From: the human T2T-CHM13v2.0 reference genome, Homo sapiens
DNA: 64,000 bases
Reading direction: 5' to 3' (one strand)
NCBI RefSeq assembly: GCF_009914755.1
Contig: NC_060934.1
Position numbers and translations under genes: made by a program. Positions 40,085 through 53,815 of this stretch are shown here, one piece after another. A model generated the notes under the pieces. That model ran no database searches. It was not told where the DNA came from and saw nothing but the letters and a program-made list of their open reading frames with translations. Numbering within the stretch: the first letter of the stretch is position 1; each line of letters begins with the position of its first letter.

Positions 40085-41940
40085 AATGATTGCAAAGCAG
40101 AGAAACGGTCGGGAAAAAATGAAACATTTACTGGGGTTTGCAAAAGGAATATTCACATAAATAAAGTGTCAATCCACATGTAGCACTTTGCTTCTTGTGT
40201 GGTAGGAAGTGAGAAAATGTCGAAGCCAAATCTGCTATCTTTTTGCGTTTTCAATGTAAGGAAACAGTCATTATCTGTCAGATCTGGATCTTCCATGATT
40301 CAATGATGAAATAGCCCATAAAAGGTGCTCAGAAAAGCAGTGGTAATTCCATATAACACCACAGAACACAATCATAACTTCATATCTTTAGACTACATCT
40401 CTGAGCAAGGTTCCACGGCATTTGAACTTACATTTTCATCAGCACAAACCACAGGTATAGTGTAAAAAAAAAAAAACAAAAACAAATTTTAACTCACTCT
40501 GAGACCTCAAAAGATTTAACAAGAATTGGATAAAACCTTTGTGTCTCAGCACTATTACAGCTTCAGCTAACCACAAAAATAAAAAAGCTGTTCCTATATT
40601 AGTGAGTTATTTTAATGAGATTCCTGGAGATAATGTAAAAGTTCTTGAACTTGATGTCCTGCCAGGGGCAACAAGTGGCTATTTTACTTTCTCTACTCTG
40701 AGTGCAGCACCCTGGTTGATAAGATGATCAGCAGGTCAGCTGATAATATTAACTTCAGAGATGGAAAATCCTACCAGTTTAAAGACTTTTTTCAAGAAAT
40801 TGATGACTAACTTCATCAAAACCTGATAAGAATTGATTCTAACAGTACACTCATATCAATGCTATAAATGAAACATCTGATGATTTTCCAGTTTTTGAGG
40901 AAAGTTGTTCCTGTAAAATATTTTTCTCTATATACGGTGTGAATAGGTCACTGCAATAATTTGGTGATTTGGTCAAAGGGCAATGCAAATAGCATTACCT
41001 TAAATTCAAGATATCTGAGACTGATGCCTCCTCTTGAAAGAAGACTAAACATGTTTCAAATAGTTTATTATTCTACAAACAGTTAAAACAAATTGATGGC
41101 CTCTTATCTAAATGAAGAAAAAGATAAAGATTTTAATTCAAGGCACTGGTTCTTGTTTTAAGCAAACTACTTCCACTATTTTACCTGATGCTCTTTCTAA
41201 AAGAAGGGGCAGAACATATCATCACTGAAGACCATGTGCTTTTCTAGCAGTATGCAAAAGTCATAAATAATTCTAAGTTTTCATTTTCATTTCAAACTAT
41301 GAGAATTGTGAAAGAACATCATTAACAGTGGTTTTCACTCTGGTTTAGATCTATATCTAAACAGATGAGTTATATATAAAATTGTCTAAATCATGAAACT
41401 TTGGGAGAATGAAGTGCAAATAAGGCCTATCATTTATACTGGCTTCACTTAGGGAGAAATTATAAATAAAATCATCCAGAAAAGCCATTAATTCCTTTCA
41501 AAGTTTTGTCCCTTCTTTATCATGCAATGACATTTTTAATAAACACCATGTCCTTAAATTATAGTTTAATGAGAACTTACTAGCCTAATGGGCAAAGAGA
41601 AAGGATACAAATGAGAAACAACTGGATATGATGAAAGATTGTTTTCCTCCTGTGTATCTTAGTATTCCAGTCTTATTTTAAAAGTGCAAATTCATCCTCT
41701 GCTAGGTACACCATGAAGGAGAGACAAATTTCAGCAAAGAACAATTTTAGAGACTGTGAACCCTCTTCAGGTTCAGTGAGCACTGAAACTGTAGACTCTC
41801 TCTTAGTATTCAAATTAAGTACTTAGAGACTTGGTAAGAGATGTTTGAGAAAATTAGGCAAAAATCAACAGTTATTGATGGAAGCTGAGTTCTTCAAAAA
41901 AATGCAAGGAAAATAAGTTACTCTCAGCATCATTATTGGA
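40085..41940 (+). pseudogene. Fossil hAT-superfamily (Blackjack-like) transposase coding sequence, disrupted by stops and frameshifts
   Basis: Manual translation gives colinear motifs: LQKEY...CFLC (40138-40200); YNTTEHNHNFISLDY...FSSAQT (from 40352); ASANHKNKKAVPILVSYF...VKVLELDVLPGATS (track ORF 40539-40727); SADNINF (40736-40756); YFSLYTV* (40919-40942); SRYLRLMPPLERRLNMFQ (41006-41059); ERQISAKNNF...ETVDSLLVFK (41719-41814). Confidence 0.8.
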
Positions 41941-42879
41941 TAAATGATTAAACTGAAGAAGTGAATATTGCATTGAAGCATATATATGTCATTTTCCTGA
42001 CAGACTATGATTCACTGGGAAAAGGTTTTCTGTGGTTTTTTAATACAGTCAAGTTCATTATTAAAATTTTTTAATTAATAGACTTTTTTTAGAACTAGGT
42101 TAATAGAAAATTGAACAGATGAAGAGTTCTTATAAACTCTACTCCCTTTTATTGCATCTTACATTAGGGTGGTATATTTGTTAACATTAATGAGCCATTA
42201 TTAGTGCATTATTACTAACTAAAAATCTATACTTTAGGACTCACTCCTTGTGTTATTAAGTTCCATGTGTTTTATTATAGATATTTTTACCAAATTTTGT
42301 ATTTCTCTTCATTTTGTTCTTTTACATAAAGAATAATGAGTCATAAACAATGTATAGTGACATATAATGTAATATCTATACTTGGAAGCACTTTTAATAT
42401 AAATAAATTCTAGGAAATAAAAGCCCTCATTTCCTAATTCAGAATAGGAAGACACTAAAGATACTAGGCATAAGAAAGAACCTGAGTAGTTCTGGGAAAA
42501 CAGACTCCAGAATGTTAAGGACAGAAATTACTTAGACCTCAGAATCTTGAACACCAAAGCATCAAGCAATGTTAAATCTTAGCAGGGAGGTGCTTGCCTG
42601 GCCCTTTAAATGTAGCTGACGTCAGAGGGCCTGGCCACCAGAACCTCTGGCTGCCTGGCCTCTCCTGCCCACAATCCTGGTCCACAGCCTGGACTCTGGA
42701 GCCTCTCCCACCCTCCTCCAGGGACCGCCCTCAGCTCAGTCCTGTGCCTCTCTCTGTCTATTGCCTTTATGGTTTATTTTCCAGCCAGATCCCAACCACT
42801 TGGCTTTAACCCAGCAGAGATGGAGACGGAAAAGACACATTTCCTTCGTTCAAGGAATTCGCAGTGGACCTAATAGAAG

Positions 42880-43245
42880 GGGCTGTAAAGTGGTGTCCTA
42901 TGAGCTGCCTCCAGCCTTCAGGTGTATTCAGTTTTGCAGCAGGATGTTGTCCCATGTGCTATTTTAAATTTGGATTTGGCTACCCACAGTTAAAAATTAG
43001 AAAATTTCACACACACACAAATCTTGCTCTCCAGCTTCTCTTGAAAAATCAGAAGCAATCTTGCAGTCATATTGCTAAGAATCAGCTGGAGATGAGTGGC
43101 AGCTGCCCTCCTTTTGGGCAGGATATTTGCCCCCTAGTTTGACATAGTCCCCATCTCTCCCTGCTATATTACACTCAGGCCACTTACCGCATTTACATTA
43201 TTATCTACCTGGCCCTTGTAGACAGTTGATTTTACAATCCTTGGA
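42880..43245 (+). mobile_element. MER102-like hAT-Charlie relic
   Basis: aaaaattagaaaatttcacac...ccagcttctcttgaaaaatcagaag. Confidence 0.6.
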
Positions 43246-43521
43246 GTGGCTGGCTGTTTTTGTGTTTCCAGTGGCCAAAGAAACCATAAAAAGCCTAAAA
43301 TATAAACCTACACCAAGCCCTATTCTTCACCATCCATTGATGGAAGAAATAGATGTTCAAATATGACCACTCATGCTTTTGTGTGCCAAAAGAAACCCCA
43401 AAGCCACATGTTGCTACCTTGTAGTACTTCTTATTTAAAATACAAATATAGCACTTCTTATTTAAATATATATATCCTGCTGGTTGAATCAATTGCCCCT
43501 TTATGGAAAAGGAGCTCCTGA

Positions 43522-43983
<462 letters not shown>

Positions 43984-46089
43984 TGACATCTCCTTGCCTC
44001 TCGGTTTTGCTGAAATACAGCAGAAAGCAGAAAAGTTTCTTCCCTAGACCTGCCCTCCTAACCTCTGCCGCTTTCTCCCATCATCTAGGAAGTACATGCT
44101 CCAATGCCCAGCTGGATCCCTGCAGAACTTAGACCTTACCAAAGGTGAAGGGGACCAGCTAGCTAAGGAGGCAGGGAGTACATTAAAAGCACCTAGAGAG
44201 AGATCCAGGTGAGCATGCCCAGGAGCAGCCTTCAATGAACACGCCTTTGTTACCTTTGTATTCCCGACGCCCAGAATGGTGCCTAGCATTTTATAGACTT
44301 CAGTAAGGATTTGTTGAATGAATGAAAGAATGAATGTATTTCCTATGCACGTCCTTGGCTTCTGTGGTTTTGCTGCTTTGCCTGCCCCAATTTTGGTCTT
44401 CCATTTAGGTACCTGGGACTGACTCAAACCTGACCTCCTGACTTTTTGGATCTGATATTTACTCTTTTCTTTACGACAATGGCTCATGAATACCTCTGTT
44501 TTCAATTTTTCTTAATGCTCTGTATTTCTTCAGGCAAATGAAAAGAGCCTTGGGAGTCCAAGTCGTTTGGCTCTGGTTCTATTGGTTGGGTGGTCCAAAC
44601 TTGGGAAATAGGTATGATTTTTGCCATTAAGAATGTTAAAAGTTCTGGAGAGTCTTGCAGTAAAGAAAACTTGTTCAATATTATTTAAATGTAGCATTTC
44701 TCAACATTCTTTTGACTAAGGAGGCTCCCTTTTTCCCCACCACACAGTATCTATTGATACCAGGTGAAATTAGGATTCCAGGGAACAAACACACTTTGGG
44801 AATTGCTAGAGTAGAGACACTGGGGTCAGTCCCAGAACTAACATACTCTGCTAAAATTCAGTTGCATTAACTTTACTAAAGGGCCAGGACACCTTATCAC
44901 CAACCAAATGGTATAAAATTGAGAGTAGTTCAAGTCTGAGAGCATTCTCTAAAAGGAAACTACTCATGTCACTCTTTGCCAACTTCCTTTTGTTGGTTCT
45001 ATTTTATGGGTCTGTCATTTATCAGCAATTAATGAGAACAAGTGGAGTCAAAGCCTCTACCTTCCTTGCAGGGGCATCTAAGTTGGATTGGGGATGGGGG
45101 ATGGGGGAGCCAGCTGCAGCTTTTTATCTTTTGGTGACAACAAGTAGTTGTATTCCTTCTTGTGCAGTCACCGGGTTCATGAATAGTGCCACAGTCTTTT
45201 AAAGCCAGGACTGCTCTTTTGATCTACAAGTTCATATGACTCCACCATGGGCAAGGCCTTCTGTCCCGTTCCACCCCCTCCCCCTTCCTGTGTTTGTCTC
45301 TGCCCTTGCAAGCATTTAGGCACTCAGCCAGAACGAGGAAGTGAGTTGCCCAATTCAGAGAAATAAAGGAAAACACCCCCCTCCTCAATTTGATGGTCAA
45401 TAGCTGTGGGGAGATATAATAAACCTCTTCATTAAACGAATGCAGCTTTTAGATAAGTGAGGAATTATATCTCTAAAGCTATTCTTCAAAACTTGTGACA
45501 GTTCCACATGGTCAGGAGGCTGTCATGCTGCCATGGAGATGGAATTTAAGTATAGAATTTAAGGGACTTTAGCCTGCGTGGTTTTCTTCTTCCCAGCCCC
45601 ACCTTGCAGTTTGGTGTTAAAAAAAAAAAAAAGAAAAAAGAAAAGAAAAAAGAAATGAAGCTGTAAACTAAATGCAACTTCTGATGTAAGAAGTTAAAGA
45701 ACATGGATACTTTTTTAGAGTAATTTTTATTTTTTTTATTTTAGAATCTATACACGTTGAGTAATACTGATATGAATCAGCTTTGAGGAGGCTGCTAGGA
45801 AGACCCAGGCCTCCTGCCAGCCACAATAGCACAGGCGGGGAGGCACCATCACGGTGTCAGCTCTACCAAATGGAACAAGAGCTTTGATGTTTTCTGTCCA
45901 GAAACCTTTCTTCCTTCCTGTGCTTGGACATTCACTTGACTCTTTGCAGAGCAAGCCCTACCCAAAAGTAAAGGATGGTCAAATACATCACTTTCCAAAT
46001 TCCATCCATTAGGGCCACTGTATAGGATTCAGGCACCATCTTCAGAAGATCCTAGATAGGATGTGGTTACCAAGATGGGATGTCCATTT

Positions 46090-46580
46090 GAACGAAGCCT
46101 TGCATTACTTTCCAGGTCTCCTGCTCTACTTTCTCTCCTTCCTTCTGCTCCATCCCTGCTGGCATCTTTGCAACTGTTCAAATGCTCCAGGCATGCACCC
46201 CAACTCAGGGTTTTTGCATTTGCTGTTCCCTCCAACTGGAACACTCTTCCCTGGTAAAGACATGGCTCACCCCCTCCTCTTTTTCAAATCTTTCTTCAAA
46301 TGTCATTTTCTTAGTGAAGCTGTCCTAACCACCCTATTTAAGCAGCTTCCTCACCCAGCAATTCCTAGCCTCTTCCTTGTTTTATTTTACTCCACAACAC
46401 TTACCACTGTCGAACATATCTTTTGCTTATTTATTTTATTGGTGGTTTGCTTCCACTCCTAGAATGCTGGTCTATGAGGGCAGGGATTCCGTCTGTTTGG
46501 TTTGCTGCAAGAATCTCAGCAGTAAAGAGTGCCTAGAACAGGGCCTGGCCTTGGTTGGCATTCAATGACTATTTGTTGAA
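46090..46580 (+). mobile_element. L2 3' fragment
   Basis: ctcagggtttttgcatttgctgttccctc...ctagaatgctggtctatgagggcaggg...atttgttgaa. Confidence 0.8.
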
Positions 46581-48394
46581 GAGGAAAGTCATGACCGAAC
46601 TGCTTAGCTAGCCACCATCTAACAGAGATCAGGGCCCTGGGGCAAGGGCCATAGGACTGGTAAATTCTTGACTGTGGCTTTAATGAATGGCTCCAGGAAA
46701 AGAATCTGCAAAATCAGAGGGCCCTGGGCAGGGAGTTGGCAAGCACAGGAGTGAAAGTGGTGCAAGTGCTCATTTCTCAAGTCTTAATAGTGATGCTGAG
46801 TGGTGTGTTAAGCACTCTTCCAAGCCTTCCTTCCTAAGGTCTCTGAGTCTCTTATTATAAGAAAATTGCAGCTGTATGAGTCTCTGAAAATAGCAGAGAA
46901 TGTTAGTCCTGAGACAGACCCCAGAGCCTCCACCCTAGCAGTTCCTAAAATGTGTTTGTTCCCTGACATCCTAATTCCACCTGATGTCAATAGTTGCATC
47001 AGCACCCCTATTCCTCCAGGCATAGCCAGGGATGAATGGTTCCATAAAAACAGGTTTCATTTTGCTTAAACCCATGCATACATGAAGGAGACTCCCAAAC
47101 ATTCCCTCAAAACCAGCAACTCAGCCTTGGTTGGTGGCACCTCCCCTCTCTATCACATTAAGGTCATCTTTCAGTTCTCTCTCTGGCCCTCTATATCCAA
47201 CTAGCTGCCGGGCTATGGCCACTGTATTTCCAAAATACCTCTTTCATCCTTTGCCTCTCTCCCATTCTCATCACCACAGCCCTCATCAGGCCTTCATTAG
47301 TCTTTGCCTGGCTATTGCAATAGCTGCCCAACTGGTTTCCTTTCTCTAATTTTTTCCTCCACCAACCCATGCTCTACCACAATAATATTCCCAAAGAACA
47401 AATTGGGTGTCACTCTTACTAATCTAACAAAATGCCAATGGCTCCCCATGACCCTTGAGATGGGTCATTTAATCTACCTTCCAGGCTTTCCATCCACTAG
47501 CTCCCTAAATGAGCCCTCCGCCATAGTCTTGTCTACGTGTGTGCTGAAGCTCTTCCTCTCTCCAAATAAAACATGTGTTTTCTATTCGTCACATCTTGGG
47601 TTTTTCCCTCCCCACCCTATCTTTCTCCCTTCTAACCATATGCCCTAATTTCTCCTCTGTACCTGTTGAAATCTTATCCAGAGATCCCTCAAGGGCCATT
47701 TACAGATTGATTCATTCACACAGTGAGTCAAGAGAGACTGGGGGAAGCTCAAACCTCTTTTTCCCACATCTGCCTTGTCAGAAGTGAGCTTTCTTCTACA
47801 TATCTCCTGTGTATTTATCATATGTTACCTTGGTTAGGGCTACTGCTCTCATATACATCATTATGTCTCCAGCCAGTCTTTTCGTATGGTCCTTGAGGGC
47901 AGAGACTTTTGCACCTGTGTTTTATTCCCAGGGCACTTAACATGACAGCTTGTTCATAGCAGGTGCCACACCTATTTGGGGATGATCATAACATCTCGCG
48001 CATCCTCTAAGGGTCACTTTAATCCTCTCAAGGTTGCTTTGCCAATTGTAACTGGTGCGCCATCACCAGAAATATTTCCCTTTCCCACTTCCCACGGTCA
48101 GCAGGGCTCACAGTCCTCAAGGTAGCCAGTTGTTATTCAAAGCTGAGTGAGCTAGGAGCCCAGGGTGGAAAATAAATGTCACACAACTTCCTCCAAGATG
48201 AATTTTAAAAAGGAAATCATCAGGGTAAAAAGAACAGACTTGATTTACCAGTTGAGGCTGTTGTCCCAGGCACATAAGCATAATTTATCTCCCTGATGCC
48301 CTGCGGCATACACCTGGATGTCCTGAGTGCCACATGTTGTGGGCAGGCAGTTTGGTGGCAAATAAAACAAACCTGGAATTAGAGGGGTAGAGTG

Positions 48395-48568
48395 AGAGAA
48401 TAAGGAGAAGGAGGAAAAATGGAAGGAGAGGAAGAAGGAAGAAAGGAAGTAAGGGAGGGAGGAAGGGAGGTAAGAAGGGAAAGGAAAGAAGAAAAGGGAA
48501 GAAAAGATAGGGAAAGGAAGGAAGGAAGGGAGGGAGGGAGGGAGGAAGGAAGGGAGGGAGGGAAGGAA
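48395..48568. repeat. GA-rich (GGAA/GGGA) polypurine repeat
   Basis: ~170 nt of almost pure purine; the longest perfect GGAA run is 3 units. Confidence 0.92.
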
Positions 48569-49312
48569 TTTAGTTTCATCCTGTTAGGTATGAACATTGT
48601 GAAAGGAAATAAGCAGAAAGATATCTGTAATATGCCATTGTGTGGCCTGTGCTGTTAGGTTTCATCCTGTCTCATTGTTATTGTCTGTGATTTTTTGGCT
48701 GTTCAGTGCACACCCCTCGTCCCCATCAGTACAGGCTTCCACCATTTACCAGTTTACATGTCCTTCTTCCTGGCTTTGACTGTGAACTCTTAGAGGGAGA
48801 AGCTTGTCCCTTTATCTCTGCATCCTTAGTACCGAGCATGGCATCCGGCATGCAGTGTGTTGATGGTGGAAAGTTGTGCTCCCCAAAATTCAGTGACTGG
48901 TTTGCCAACTTTGTGCTTTTTGTTCTAATCAAGTTCTACCACTTGCATGGTTATTGGCCTCTTTCAACTGATTCATGCTCTTTTCTTTTAACTTTGGGCC
49001 ATTCTTTGCAGTCATATCTGTGAAGTCACACAGACTGAGGCAGGATATGTATTTCCTAATCTATATTAAAATAAATAGATAACCACTAAAATAAACAGTA
49101 TTCATCCAGGTACCACCTACATCAACACCACTGTGGTAGGCAAATCACTTTGGGGAAACACTAATTATGCTTTGTTCCGAAAATTGAAACATAATCAAGT
49201 GCATCAATTCTGTAATTTAAGTCTTTTAGTAGGATTTCTGCAAACACAGTCAGCAATACTGTCTTTTCCCAGAAGAAAGTGGGCACTGTGGGTATAAATT
49301 TTTCTGTGTACC

Positions 49313-49606
49313 GGCCAGGCAAGGTGGCTCACGCTGGTAACCCCAGCACTTTGGGAGGCCGAGGTGGGTGGATCACGAGGTCAGGAGTTCAAGACCAGCC
49401 TGGCCAAGATGGTGAAACCCCGTCTCTACTAAAAATACAAAAAAATTAGCCAGGCGTGGTGGTGGGTGCCTGTAATCCCAGCCACTCGGGAGGCTGAGGT
49501 AAAGAATTGCTTGAACCTGGGAGGCGGAGGTTGCAGTGAGCCGAGATTGCGCCACTGCACTCCAGCCTGGGCGAAAGAGTGAGACTCATCTCAAAAATAA
49601 AGAAAG
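49313..49606 (+). mobile_element. Alu (AluSg-like)
   Basis: gatcacgaggtcaggagttcaagacc; TSD aaatttttctgtgtacc. Confidence 0.95.
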
Positions 49607-49849
49607 AAATTTTTCTGTGTACCAATTGTTTAATTGGTGAAGCACAATGTGAGCTGAGAGAAGGAAGGATGTTTTGTCATCTCCTCAGATATTTTAATTA
49701 AGTAGATTCTGAACTTGAGAAAGCATTTGGCCATTTTAGCAGTCAGTGGTAAAGATTTCCTCAAATCTTGACTGTCCCATCTTCCTCATCCCCTCACCCC
49801 TAATGTGTTCCCCAAGTCTGCATAGTCTACCTGGAAAAGGACTCTTAAA

Positions 49850-50480
49850 AATCCTCCAGAAGACAAATAGACAAACTGCACAAGCAGATGAATTCACAAA
49901 GAGGAAATGTAATTAGTCAGAAAAATATGGGAAAATATACAATCAAATGAATGCAGATTACAATTAGATATAATTTATCACTTTAAACCTTCTAAATAAG
50001 GGTAATATTTACTAATAAATAATGTGTAATGCAAGTCAAGGCAGGCTGAATTGATACTCTCAAACTTTGCATGTGGCTACCTGATGCATAGTGATTGTGA
50101 ATTGTAAAAACATTTACAAAGTGTAATTTGGTAACATGAATCAAGGGTTCAAAAATTCCATGAGGCCTTACATCCAGTGGCAATTCTGTTTCTAGGAATC
50201 TAGTCTATGGAAATAATTAGATGTAGAAAGTATTATCAGCATGAAAATGTTTGTTACTGTATTACTTATGCTAGTGAAACCTAGGAACAACCAAATACCA
50301 ACAATGAAGATACTAAGTGAGTAAATTTGCAATCTATATCCATTCAGTAGATAGGCATGCATATATTTAAAATTAGGCTTATGAAAACATTTTATGATGT
50401 GGCAAAATGCTTTGGGTATAAGATTTGAAACATTATGGATAATGATGATAAATATGTAAAAATATTTGCATGTAAGAAGA
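49850..50480 (+). mobile_element. Old L1 (L1ME-like) fragment
   Basis: aattcacaaagaggaaat...ggcaattctgtttctaggaatcta...aacaaccaaatacc. Confidence 0.6.
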
Positions 50481-51229
50481 GTCTCAAGGAAATGGCCTTG
50501 TTCCCTGGCAAGGCCGTGTGGCATTATGGCTAAGTGCATGAACTCTGGCCTCAGATTTTCTGCTTTTGCAACTCATCTCTGCCACTTATTAGCTTTGTGA
50601 CCTTGGGTGAGTTGCTTAATTTCTCCAAGACTTCATTTTTCTCATCTGTAAAGTGTAATAGCTCTCTGGCCATGTTGTGAGGATTAAGTAAGGTAGTTTA
50701 TGCAAAATATTCAGCACACGGTTGGCACATAGTGACACTAAGTAGCTACTCATCAAGCAAATATTTATTAATCATAGACTATGTGCAAGTCACCTAATAT
50801 GCTGGTAAACCATGGGAAAATTTCGTGTCTTCTGTTTTCTGCAATATGCTTATAACTATCTTTGTAAGGAAAGGAACTCCACTGTGCCTGCCTTGGTCAG
50901 CCACTCTGTCATCTCTCCCTTGGGCTACCCCAAGAGCCTGTTAATGGCTGTGACTGGCTTATCCCCTCTCACCCACTCCAAAATGAGGATTTGATCATGT
51001 CACAACCTTGCTTCTATAACTTCCCTGGTTCCCTGTGGCTTCCAAGGTAAAGCCCAATGTCTTTATCTGGAAATTTTCAAAATCTGGCCTCAACCTACTC
51101 TTAAAGTATAATTTCTTGCCATTTTCTATCTCTGCACTCTCTATTCTAAGCATTCTATCTCCCTATCCCAAACCTGGGCAGGAGAATCATTGTCAAAACC
51201 CTGGCTTTCATACAGCACAACACTGCTCT

Positions 51230-51380
51230 ACTGAAATTTTAGCCTCATTTAAAATGATGATTCTTGGACCACACCCCCAAGGATGCATATTTAAAAGTCT
51301 GAAATGGAGGCTAGGAATCTGCTTCTTTAATAAGCATCCCGTGTGATTCTGAGATGAGGTTCAAGGATCCTCTGAGAAAT
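51230..51380. mobile_element. MER5-like DNA transposon relic
   Basis: gattcttggaccacaccccc...gctaggaatctgcttctttaataagcatccc. Confidence 0.6.
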
Positions 51381-52988
51381 AAGCCATTCTCTTCTCTGCC
51401 TAGTAGGTCTGTCCTCCTGCCTGATGGATACTTGTGCATTCTGCTAGGCAGCTGAAAGGTTGGCTATATTTTCCTGACTTCCTCAGGAAATGATGATCTC
51501 CCCTCTCTGTACTTCTGTGATATTCTCTCCAAACCTCTATGGAGGCGTTATTTCCTTGTGCTTTCTTTACTTACTTCTGCAGCTGTCTGAACTGCCCTGG
51601 GAGCTCCTAGACTTCAATAACTGGCACATAGTAGGCCCTTATAGATGTCTGGGGGGTGTATTCATGCATTCACTCATTGACATTAATCCTAGATGATTCC
51701 ATCTGCCACGCTGAGCTCTAGTTCATCTGTAATTAGTGAGGCTGACCTTACTGACACTCATTATTGGCTCTGCTCATTTACCTCCTAGGCCATGCAAAGC
51801 CAGCTTACTTTCTCACAGGGACAATTTAGCAAGTAATCGGAACCCACATAGCTGGGATCTTCTGGCAGAGAGAAGAAATCCAAGCAAGACATCACCAGGT
51901 TGAACATGGATGGCATGCAGACTGCAGTGTGGAGGAGGTCAGCTCACCTTGGGGAGTCATGCTGTAGACAGGTCAACAGGGCACAGACCCAGGTGGGTGG
52001 TTGTCCTGTGACCAGATCCCAACAGACTCACCATCAGCTTGCCAGTTTAAATGCTAGGATAACAGAATAGTTACTCAAATGGGCCCTGAAAGTCAGAGTG
52101 CCTTGGTTGGAATTATAACTCTGCCAGGCATGTGGTGCTGGACATGTTTCATAACCTCTCTGTGCCTTGGTTTTCTCATCTGTGTGATGGGGACAATAAG
52201 CAACCTAACTCTTAGAGTTGTTGTGAAAAGCAAATAAACTAAAATATGTACAATATTTGGAATAACATTTGGTGCATATTAACTGCTCAATAAGTAGTGG
52301 TTATCATAATTAGATTCCCCAAGCTATACTATGCAGTCAATGCACATATTAGTTTAGAGTTTTTCCTCTGGCCTTTGCTTCAAACACATGCTGAAATTTT
52401 CTGTACTAATCTTTGTCCCTGCTTAACTCCAACCTTGGAGATTTGATTTTTATTGGGACAGCTTCAACTCCATAAAACTTGCAAAACCAAGGTAATATTA
52501 AGCTAAAAAGAGTCCCTAATTCATTTGTTGGATATAAGTTTGAAGTCAGAAAAATATGGCCAAAGAAAATATAAGAACTCTACATTTGTATAGAGGGGAA
52601 AATTAAGCATCCCAAAAATGACAGGATGAAAGAAGACTGAAAAAAATCTGATGAGAAACAAAACTCCATCTAGTCAAGATTGCAAGCAATATCTTGCATG
52701 AAAAGATACCTCCTGAATTTTATGCCTTTGAGAAAACTGAGGCATAAGGATGCGCTCAGTGTTGAGAGCCTATTATGGGCCAAGGGCAGAGGTCAGCATA
52801 AATTGCCTTTTTAATACTTATTCCCAATCCCTATGATTCTGATCTCACAGAGGGGAAACTACAGTGTTACATAACTAGTAACGTCAAAACTGGATTCCCA
52901 CCCAGCTCTGAGATGGCTCCCAACCAACAGAGCTTTACATTTTAACCACACTGCTTTCTTGCTGCTCCTAATTATGCCTCTTATAAAC

Positions 52989-53314
<326 letters not shown>

Positions 53315-53444
53315 ACCTCTTATAAACTTTTGAGTGAAATTTCATAGCCTGGAGCTTCAAAACAAGTATTTATTCAAGGCCAGTTTCCAGTCTTAGCTCT
53401 GTAGCCCCCAAAGCTGGGATGGAGGAAAAGCCTCCCATGATCCC

Positions 53445-53815
53445 CTGGTTGGAGTCTTAACTTCCAGCTCCTCAGAATGTGACCTTATTAGAAGATAGGT
53501 CGTTGTGAATGTAAGTAGTACAGTTAAGATGAGATGAGTTTCTACTGGACTAAGGGGTCCCTTAATGCAATATGATTGGTGTCCTTATAAGAAGAGGAGA
53601 AGGGATACCGAGCAGACACATGAGGAAAGGTGTCATGCGAGGCATTGAGATGCTGCAGCTGCAAGCCAAAAAAGGCTAGGAAGAGGCAAGGAAGGTGTCT
53701 CCCCTACAAGGAAGGTGTCTTCTCTACAAGGAAGGCCCTGATGACACCTTGACTTTGGACTTCTAGCCTCCCAATATGTGACACTTTGTCACAGCAGCTT
53801 TAAGAAACTAATGCA
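53445..53815 (+). mobile_element. MaLR LTR (MLT1B/C type) with internal 20-bp tandem repeat
   Basis: cctcagaatgtgaccttatt...gacaccttgactttggacttctagcctcc...agaaactaatgca. Confidence 0.8.

Noticed and set aside
40539-40727. 62-aa ORF as a functional domesticated transposase gene
   Set aside because: The surrounding frame has many stops and frameshifts and the first catalytic Asp is lost; kept only as part of the fossil
48379-48658. Glu/Gly/Arg-rich and Pro/Ser-rich ORFs (likewise 28881-29268)
   Set aside because: Translations of GA/CT low-complexity tracts
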